Virus record (IMG/VR): IMGVR_UViG_3300045988_154892
Length of the DNA: 64,000 bases
Strand: one strand, 5' to 3'
Source of the DNA: a virus
The notes below the pieces were generated by a model. It was not told where the DNA came from, did not search any database, and worked only from the letters and a program-made list of their open reading frames with translations. The position numbers and the translations under genes are program-made. Shown here piece by piece: positions 23,130 through 29,281 of the stretch; position 1 is the stretch's first letter, and each line of letters opens with the position of its first letter.

Positions 23130-23422
23130 TATTTTACAAGAATTGTCTTATAGAGGGACTCAAATTGATTTTTAGATACTTGATTCGTTTTTAACGAGTC
23201 TACAATATCAAAATATGCCTTTTTAATACGACTATCGGTTTTTCTTTGCATTAATACAGCAGATAATATATCAATATCATTCCGTAGCATTCCTTCTCGT
23301 ATATATATTTGATTATCTGAATTAATATATACATATGACATATTTTGTGAATTTAATTTATCTGAAGACACAATTCTTGTTTCTATCTTGTTTGCTGTTT
23401 GCTGAATATTAATAATAATCAC
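23099..23422 (-). CDS. Hypothetical 107-aa ORF, convergent with and overlapping the second protease by 31 nt
   Basis: Same arrangement as 22091..22432. GTG start and the shared leader GAAAG(Y)AGGTGATTATTAT. Confidence 0.4.
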   Translation of the reverse strand: MIIINIQQTANKIETRIVSSDKLNSQNMSYVYINSDNQIYIREGMLRNDIDILSAVLMQRKTDSRIKKAYFDIVDSLKTNQVSKNQFESLYKTILVKYYGKNEESTL

Positions 23423-23460
23423 CTACTTTCATAAAAAATTTTAAGAAGAGGATAAAAGAT

Positions 23461-23559
23461 ATGTCATGGAAAGGTAGAGTCAGAAGAAGTATGCAGCCAT
23501 GGCCCTGGTGGGCTATAGCGTTGTTATTCTTTGTTGCATTTTTGTTGAAAATGTTTTAG
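23461..23559 (+). CDS. 32-aa basic/hydrophobic peptide (MSWKGRVRRSMQPWPWWAIALLFFVAFLLKMF)
   Basis: My own translation; the ORF is below the track cutoff. SD AGAGGA lies 8 nt upstream. One TM-like helix after an Arg-rich N-terminus. Confidence 0.45.
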   Translation: MSWKGRVRRSMQPWPWWAIALLFFVAFLLKMF

Positions 23560-23703
23560 AAGTGGAAGAGAAGAGTATTGGAAAGTTATATTTCCATATT
23601 CTCCTCAATTTAATGTTTACTGGCACATTTCAGCCCACGCACATCCTATAGACGTACTATATTTCGATATGGATATTTTATATGACTTCCATTTGTCAAT
23701 CAT

Positions 23704-23925
23704 CTATTTTACCGTTTTTCTGTTTTCGAAACGGTTAATAGCATCTATGCTAGATTTTACATTACGAGAGAAAAAATCATTTGCTTTTTTAGGATCTAAG
23801 ATAAATGCTTGATCAGAAGACTCATCTTTTACGTCTTTATTTCCAATTATAGTTACACATGCATCAATAATACCATCTGGATCAGATTCTAATATTTCAA
23901 ATACTAATTTAGATTTAGATTCCAT
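23704..23925 (-). CDS. Hypothetical acidic 73-aa protein
   Basis: ATG follows GAGGATGTGAAAGC. It lies immediately downstream of the structured 5' segment of intron 5. Confidence 0.5.
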   Translation of the reverse strand: MESKSKLVFEILESDPDGIIDACVTIIGNKDVKDESSDQAFILDPKKANDFFSRNVKSSIDAINRFENRKTVK

Positions 23926-24440
23926 GCTTTCACATCCTCTATTGTTATTCTGTAATTTGACGATAAATATCTATATAATTTTCCTATTATTTTCCAACAA
24001 CGCCAGAAATAGGATAAAAAGCTGGCGTGTGATGAGAAAGCATCACAACTTTCGCGTACCGTGGAACATGCATTCAACGCATATAAACTATGGCATTATA
24101 TACGCTGGAGGAAGGGTGTTCTCTCTACTCCTCCCAACTTTCATATGCTTCGCTCGTCATTATGATTTTATTTTTAATTTCATAATTGCTGCTAACGTTT
24201 CACATATTACTATACGTAGTTAGGTTGGCTCGTGCGTTCTCGCGGAATTTTCATCCATTTCACTGCATTATTGCAGAATAGCGAATTCGACGAATTGATC
24301 CTCTATTTATTTTTTACAAGCACTAATCTCCCTACGTTGAAATATCATTCCATTGCTATGATATTCTCCGCATTGATAAGCCAGTTTACGATAAACTATA
24401 GCCAGGATTTTGGCTAACCTATGCTTGATATAAATTTAAA
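23926..24440 (-). ncRNA. Structured ORF-free RNA segment, the putative 5' (core) part of TMP intron 5
   Basis: About 515 nt with many perfect hairpins on the - strand: UAGCCA-AAAUCC-UGGCUA, CUGCA-AUAA-UGCAG, GGAGGA..UCCUCC, GUGAUG-CUUUCU-CAUCAC, CGCCAG..CUGGCG, and a GCGAAAG element. Similar in size to ORF-less intron 4. P1 is not clearly canonical. Confidence 0.45.
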
Positions 24441-24614
24441 ACCACCAAGTGCTGTTAAAGCTGTGCCAAGTGGCCCAAGTGTTTCAGTAATTTTAGTAAG
24501 AATTTCTAAGAATTGTGTTCCGCTATCTATGACAGCCTTGAAAGTGTCTGATGATAGAACAGAAGTTGAAAATTCTTGGAATGTAGCCTTGAATCTTTCA
24601 AGACTGTAATCGAT
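24441..24614 (-). CDS. Tape measure protein, exon 5 (58 codons)
   Basis: My - strand translation is IDYSLERFKATFQEFSTSVLSSDTFKAVIDSGTQFLEILTKITETLGPLGTALTALGG, typical of the segment after the TP901 core. The frame stops 8 codons later (FKFISSIG*, stop at 24416-24414). The 3' boundary is either 24441 or 24417. Confidence 0.65.
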
Positions 24615-25157
24615 CGTTATATTAACAATAGTCGCTAATTATTGTTTTGTTGTATATTATATATAGGAATGATACACAATAAACTCATACCTTCGCATGA
24701 GAGTAGACTATTTCTTAACCACACTCTAAATAGAAGAGCAGCAGTCACACCTTTTCGATTTAAAGGGATCTCACCTACGTTTATAGCGATTACGCCCTAC
24801 GAGTATTGAATTAGATATTCGAGATTTCCACTCTTATTTTTAATATTCTCTGTATAAATAAGAATATTTTCTAATTCCCGACATGGCTCTAGTCGTTGAA
24901 GATTTTCCCTCGACTTAACTAACATTTGATCAATGTATAACGTTAGGGAACTTTCCTGCATGAACAGCAATTCCTGATTTATATAAAATCAGTAAACTTG
25001 ATACTTAGGCTTTTGACCATATATCATCCTTACGTTGTTTCTACTTTAGTCCCATCATAATATGATTTCTCCATTATTGTGGTGTAAGGCTTTACGCGTT
25101 ACCTGCAATTAAATGTGTTCTTTATGCACATTTCTGTACATACGGGTATACGAATTT
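24615..25157 (-). mobile_element. Group I-type intron (TMP intron 4), 543 nt, ORF-less
   Basis: The 5' exon ends ..AAGGGU and the intron ends ..AUAUAACG. Splicing joins ..ELANYQKG|IDYSLERF.. in frame. Hairpin-rich with no ORF. Its P1 candidate GGGU/ACCC at nt 11-14 has U-A instead of U.G. Confidence 0.6.
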
Positions 25158-25499
25158 ACCCTTTTGGTAATTAGCTAATTCCTTTTCGGCGGAGCCTTCG
25201 GAATTTTCCGCTGTTTGATATGCTGCCTTAATAACATCTACGTTATTCAGGGCGGCTGCCAGACTATTCGACTGATTTTTGCCGGCTAATATTTCAAGAA
25301 GTGAAGCACGGTTGATATCTGTCATATCTTGCCATTTTTCACCAATACCTACAACAATGTCATAAATATCCTTGAAATTATCTTTATCTTTCATGATGTC
25401 AAAGCCACCAGTTAATGCTTTGACTTTAGCTTGTAGTTTCGAAGTAGAAGTTACTAAACCTTCAGTATCTTCACCCATAGATTCAAGCTCGGTGTCTGC
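25158..25499 (-). CDS. Tape measure protein, exon 4 (114 codons, TP901-core segment)
   Basis: ADTELESMGEDTEGLVTSTSKLQAKVKALTGGFDIM..ASLLEILAGKNQSNSLAAALNN..ELANYQKG. The track ORF 25122..25523 adds intron read-through at both ends (TTG start, tail KFVYPYVQKCA). Confidence 0.75.
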
Positions 25500-27424
25500 C
25501 ATTCTGTTACTTTCATCTGACAAACAGATTACTGACCATAATATAATTATGGCGATACGTTATTTCTAGCGTATTCTCACGTTTCATATTTAAGGGAATT
25601 ATTGCGTGACGATTACAGTTATATTAACTATAAAAGAAATCTTATAGATTTGATCGGACTGTATATTATCGTTTCCTATTTATAAGGAGAGCGAGATAAC
25701 TTCAATTTATATGTTACCATATAAATCCTGCAGTCTCTTGGGATACTTATAATTTCACATATTATTTGTACTTATAATACCAATTATAACCACCAGAATA
25801 ATGTCTCCCAGAACAAAGTGCTGACGAAATATGTTTTGCTCCAGTGGCATCAATTGCTTCCTTAATCGTTGAGTATTCTGCAATGAAATTACCATTCTTA
25901 TCAAATTGAATTACTGGAGAATAATCTCTTCTTCTATAATTCTGAGGATATGTTGTTTTTCCATAATGAATTGCATCATATATACGGTGCTTCGTATAAC
26001 CAAGCATGTTTTCACAGTCAAAAACAGAATATCCTTGATTTAATAAAATTTGAACCTTTTGCTCATCTATTTTATTTGAATAATCGAGATCAATATATGA
26101 AGGCACAGATTGGATGTCAGGGAAAAATAATTGAATCATTTCCAAAACTGTATAATCTCTCTGATCTACTGCGTAAAAATTATATCCAATAGATTTCCAA
26201 TATTTTTCTTTGATTTTATCTTTTTGCTTTTGGTCTTCAAAGTCATGGAACCAACTCTGTATTTCAATTGCGATCTTTTGATTATGATTAACAATATCCG
26301 TTGGCAGTGGATGATTGGTATCTGGATTAACACATGATTTATCTTCAACAACAGTATCTGGAAATTCATGTAACCAAACTTGTTTTAAAACTAAAGCATG
26401 TGTTGATTCTAATTGGTTACATTCACAATGAGGACATTTTGCACCTGTTTTATTAGTAGATAAATTATCTTCACTTAAACATCTTTTTCTATTAATATTA
26501 TTCCAACTATTATAGAAGGTACGACCGCATTTCAAATGTTTTATCAGTAACTTTTCGTCTCTATTTTTAAAATGTTCCGATAAACAAATATATTCACCAT
26601 TTGTATTCTTATTGAGAAATGTATTTATATTTTGAATAGAATATTTATTCGACTTTGCTATTGGAAATGGATAACATTTATTCATTATTTGATTGTATAT
26701 CACATCATATAAATACCCATTATCGTCAAGACACGTTAAAGGTGATAGTGTTATCCCTTTAAAATCTGATTCTTTAATCTTAAGGTAAAATCCATGCATT
26801 GATAAATTATTCTTAATATCGTTATACGTCAGATTCTTAGTATATCCTGAACAAGTATCACACTTATTTTTATGTCCTTGTCTTACTGAGTCAAAAGTTG
26901 TTTGAAACAAATTTCCGCATTCACATCTAAATGTTAAAATACTATTTGAATTTTCATATTTTCCAGAAACATAAGTACATTTGCATTCTTCTTTATGCAA
27001 CTCTAAATAATGTTGGATATTGTATTCAATATCAGGATTCGATTTATGGAATCTAACCGGTTTCTTTGTTGTATGTTCTAGTTTGTTAAAACATGGATAT
27101 ACAATATACCCTTCCTGATCGTAACACCGAAATTTTGAATATGAATTTTTGTATTCTCCACTTATGTAAGTATATCCATATTGTTTTAAAAGTTCCACAA
27201 TATTTTCATCTTTATGTGATCTTTTGTCGTCCATTTAATTTTACCTTTCTTTTAATAATTCATTTTTATATTCTCTTAATGATTAGAAAGGTATTGATAA
27301 ATTTATTCTAAAATTATAAGTCTTTCCTACGTCTCTGGTGTTCCCTCACCATTTGACATATATAGTTATCCTCTATGCTATTTTTAAAGTGCTGCATAGC
27401 ATACAAACTTTCCTTGTATGGAGG
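25500..27424 (-). mobile_element. Group I-type intron (TMP intron 3), 1925 nt, with homing-endonuclease gene
   Basis: The 5' exon ends ..GAGGU and pairs with intron nt 10-14 GCCUC. The 3' end GAAAGUAACAGAAUG is identical to that of intron 2. Core blocks (GACUGCAGG..AUAUGGUAACAUAU..CUCUCCU, AGUCCGAUC, CACGCAAUAAU..AAACGUGAGAA) are shared with introns 1 and 2. Confidence 0.7.
25762..27234 (-). CDS. Intron-encoded homing endonuclease (Zn-finger modules + PD-(D/E)XK-like core + C-terminal IENR/NUMOD-like DNA-binding repeat), 490 aa
   Basis: SD AAAGG. Repeated Cys-rich YxxGxYxNS..F.C.CG modules. IAIEIQSWFHDFED is nuclease-like. The C-terminus VIQFDKNGNFIAEYSTIKEAIDATGAKHISSALCSGRHYSGGYNWYYK is an intron-endonuclease repeat type. 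Confidence 0.7.
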   Translation of the reverse strand: MDDKRSHKDENIVELLKQYGYTYISGEYKNSYSKFRCYDQEGYIVYPCFNKLEHTTKKPVRFHKSNPDIEYNIQHYLELHKEECKCTYVSGKYENSNSILTFRCECGNLFQTTFDSVRQGHKNKCDTCSGYTKNLTYNDIKNNLSMHGFYLKIKESDFKGITLSPLTCLDDNGYLYDVIYNQIMNKCYPFPIAKSNKYSIQNINTFLNKNTNGEYICLSEHFKNRDEKLLIKHLKCGRTFYNSWNNINRKRCLSEDNLSTNKTGAKCPHCECNQLESTHALVLKQVWLHEFPDTVVEDKSCVNPDTNHPLPTDIVNHNQKIAIEIQSWFHDFEDQKQKDKIKEKYWKSIGYNFYAVDQRDYTVLEMIQLFFPDIQSVPSYIDLDYSNKIDEQKVQILLNQGYSVFDCENMLGYTKHRIYDAIHYGKTTYPQNYRRRDYSPVIQFDKNGNFIAEYSTIKEAIDATGAKHISSALCSGRHYSGGYNWYYKYK

Positions 27425-27460
27425 CACAAAATTTACCTCTAAGTCTGGCACTTACGGTTT
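27425..27460 (-). CDS. Tape measure protein, exon 3 (36-nt micro-exon, NMWKTVSARLRG)
   Basis: It lies between two HEG-bearing introns and supplies the missing core segment: ..QDPDRVG|NMWKTVSARLRG|ADTELESMGEDTEG.., as in TP901-type TMP cores from memory. It ends in GGU. Confidence 0.65.
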
Positions 27461-28822
27461 TCCACATATTCATTCTGTTACTTTCCCATATGTGATATGG
27501 TACCGACTATATTCTCATATAGCGATTAGTCATTTCTGGCTAATTCCCACGTTTCATTATGTTATAGCGTGGCGACTATGATAAAATCATAGAAGTGTCT
27601 ATTGACAGTTCAGACTGGATCTTCATCCTATACAAAATAGGAGAGTAGCGAAACTCTATATGTTGCCATATAAAGTATTACAGTCGTTACGGTTATTTGT
27701 ATATTCTCTATAGCATAACCAAATGATTAGGCATTAGTCTATGCTGGTTTTTCTTTTAAAAAATATGGTTGGATTATTTCTGGATTAATTGATAGATTGT
27801 TATTTTCGATATGATAATTAAAAGAATTATAATTTTCTAAAACACCATGTCGGTCAACATATTTTTGAATTAACAATTTACAAAGATCTAAGTTATTATA
27901 AATATCATTCTCCCAAAGATATAGAACTTCGTATCCATAATTATTTTTAATATATGTATGTTTTGCTTTATCTTTTGGAATTCGTTTTATTTGAATACTT
28001 CTAGTCGGATATTCTGGGTATATAATAGGATTCGTATGCCAAAAATCTCCCATTACCTCTATTACTAGATTGAAATCGTCTAAGTAATTATCCAAAGAAT
28101 AGTATTTAATGTTCTTTTCGTTTGTAAATTTAATATTCATAGAAGATAATAAATCATTGATAATAACTTGAGGTTTCGTATTTGTATCAATTTCTTTGTT
28201 TTCTAAAATTTTGACCGCACGAATACGTGATTGCTCTTTCCAATTTTCATCTTGAGAATAAATATTTGTATACCAATCCTGTCTACATTTGGACGAGCAA
28301 AAATGATGAGAAAATCTATCTAGATTTGACTTTCCAACCGATATCTTTTTGCCACACCAATCACAATCACATACTTTCCCTTGGAATCGCACATTCTTTT
28401 CACCAACATTTGTTTTCTGCCATTCACTTTGGCATTTCATTGAACAAAATTGTTGATTTAATCTTTTCGGCGTTTCGAATTGTTTATTACATATTGGACA
28501 TATTCTATATTCATACGTCTGTTTATGCTGATATTCCATCTGGCATTTTGTACTACAAAAATGATGTTTTGCTTTATTGTATTGTGTTTTAGTTTGATAA
28601 ATTTCTTTTCCGCAAGTTTCACACGGAATAGTATAACCTGTTTTTGAACCCTTTTTAGGTATAAGATCATCTCCTTTATTATTTTATATAAACGTTCCCT
28701 TCCTAATTGAAACGTCATAAGAATATACAAATCTTACCTCGGTCTTGTCCACTTCTGGATATTAACCGATATAGCTACTTTTATTTTCATTACATTACTG
28801 CAAAGGTAGGCAATATGTTTCC
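27461..28822 (-). mobile_element. Group I-type intron (TMP intron 2), 1362 nt, with homing-endonuclease gene
   Basis: The 5' exon ends ..GUAGGU and pairs with intron nt 12-17 GCCUAC (6 bp, compensatory relative to introns 1 and 3). It ends GAAAGUAACAGAAUG. The core is homologous to introns 1 and 3. Confidence 0.7.
27739..28539 (-). CDS. Intron-encoded homing endonuclease, Vsr-like (EDxHD-type) PD-(D/E)XK, 266+ aa
   Basis: NLVIEVMGDFWHTNP..KDKAKHTYIKNNYGYEVLYLWENDI is Vsr-like. There are repeated CxxC...FCSxKCQxE(Y/W)Q zinc modules. The frame stays open about 150 nt upstream of the ATG (to ~28690) and encodes another such module without a canonical start. Confidence 0.65.
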   Translation of the reverse strand: MEYQHKQTYEYRICPICNKQFETPKRLNQQFCSMKCQSEWQKTNVGEKNVRFQGKVCDCDWCGKKISVGKSNLDRFSHHFCSSKCRQDWYTNIYSQDENWKEQSRIRAVKILENKEIDTNTKPQVIINDLLSSMNIKFTNEKNIKYYSLDNYLDDFNLVIEVMGDFWHTNPIIYPEYPTRSIQIKRIPKDKAKHTYIKNNYGYEVLYLWENDIYNNLDLCKLLIQKYVDRHGVLENYNSFNYHIENNNLSINPEIIQPYFLKEKPA

Positions 28823-28973
28823 ACCTACGCGGTCTGGGTCCTGTAGTGTTGTATTGGTTCCAGTGATTAAAGCAATTGATTTTGAGAGGCTCGTATGACT
28901 CGCATTAAATGAAGCTGCACTACGCTGCAACGCTTCACCAATACCGTCTGATCCAATTGCGAAATTATTTGCT
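28823..28973 (-). CDS. Tape measure protein, exon 2 (151 nt)
   Basis: My translation is (V)ANNFAIGSDGIGEALQRSAASFNASHTSLSKSIALITGTNTTLQDPDRVG, a hallmark TP901-family TMP core sequence. No start codon. A TGA lies in frame just upstream. Confidence 0.8.
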
Positions 28974-29281
28974 CATTAAATTTGTTACTTCTTTTATTCT
29001 CCACAAATAAAAAAGAGTAGGTCATTTCTGCCTACTTCTCACGTTTTAAAATATTCGATTATTGCGTGAGATCGGACTATATATTCTTCCTATTACAATA
29101 GGAGAGCAACTTCACTAAATTATGTCTCCATAATAAAGCCTGTAGTCTCTACGCATTCTTGATAAAAATCAAGTCTTTGCTCGGTCTTAGCTATCTCTAG
29201 CCTTTAACCGATATAGTTGCTATCAATATGTATTAAGCACATAAAGCATATACATTACTGCATATGGAGGCAGCTATGTTT
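28974..29281 (-). mobile_element. Group I-type intron (TMP intron 1), 308 nt, ORF-less
   Basis: The 5' exon ends ..GAGGU and pairs with intron nt 11-15 GCCUC. The intron ends ..GUAACAAAUUUAAUG. Splicing gives ..VDKFNEV|ANNFAIG.. The core is homologous to introns 2 and 3. Confidence 0.7.

Larger units (their letters stand above)
17222..24440. other. 7.2-kb accessory island at the TMP intron-5 position (mixed-strand cargo)
   Basis: Lies between TMP exon 5 (..TALTALGG) and exon 6 (FKDLGNIFGSF..). TTTAAA sits at both edges (24440-24435 and 17221-17216, - strand sense). It carries 8 intact + strand ORFs plus one truncated zinc-ribbon fragment, and 5 - strand ORFs, with its own promoters. Confidence 0.55.

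Noticed and set aside
17216-24440. TTTAAA at both island edges as a transposon target-site duplication
   Set aside because: There are no terminal inverted repeats, and no transposase or recombinase inside the island. A 6-nt A/T hexamer is expected by chance in this composition. I keep it only as a boundary marker.
23924-24609. + strand ORFs 23924-24223, 24232-24417 and 24421-24609
   Set aside because: The first two lie in hairpin-dense intron-like RNA. The third is antisense to TMP exon 5, whose - strand translation is a textbook TMP segment.
28458-28730. 90-aa - strand ORF overlapping the 5' end of the intron-2 endonuclease gene
   Set aside because: It is in a different frame from the Zn-module frame, which continues directly into the endonuclease. 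Its Lys/Ile-rich composition is typical of an off-frame.
29010-29040. Terminator-like hairpin plus U tract inside TMP intron 1 (AGUAGG-CAGAAAUGA-CCUACU-CUUUUUU)
   Set aside because: The same hairpin, with the conserved CAGAAAUGA loop, recurs in intron 2 (AUUAG-CCAGAAAUGA-CUAAU). It is more likely a conserved peripheral intron helix than a terminator.
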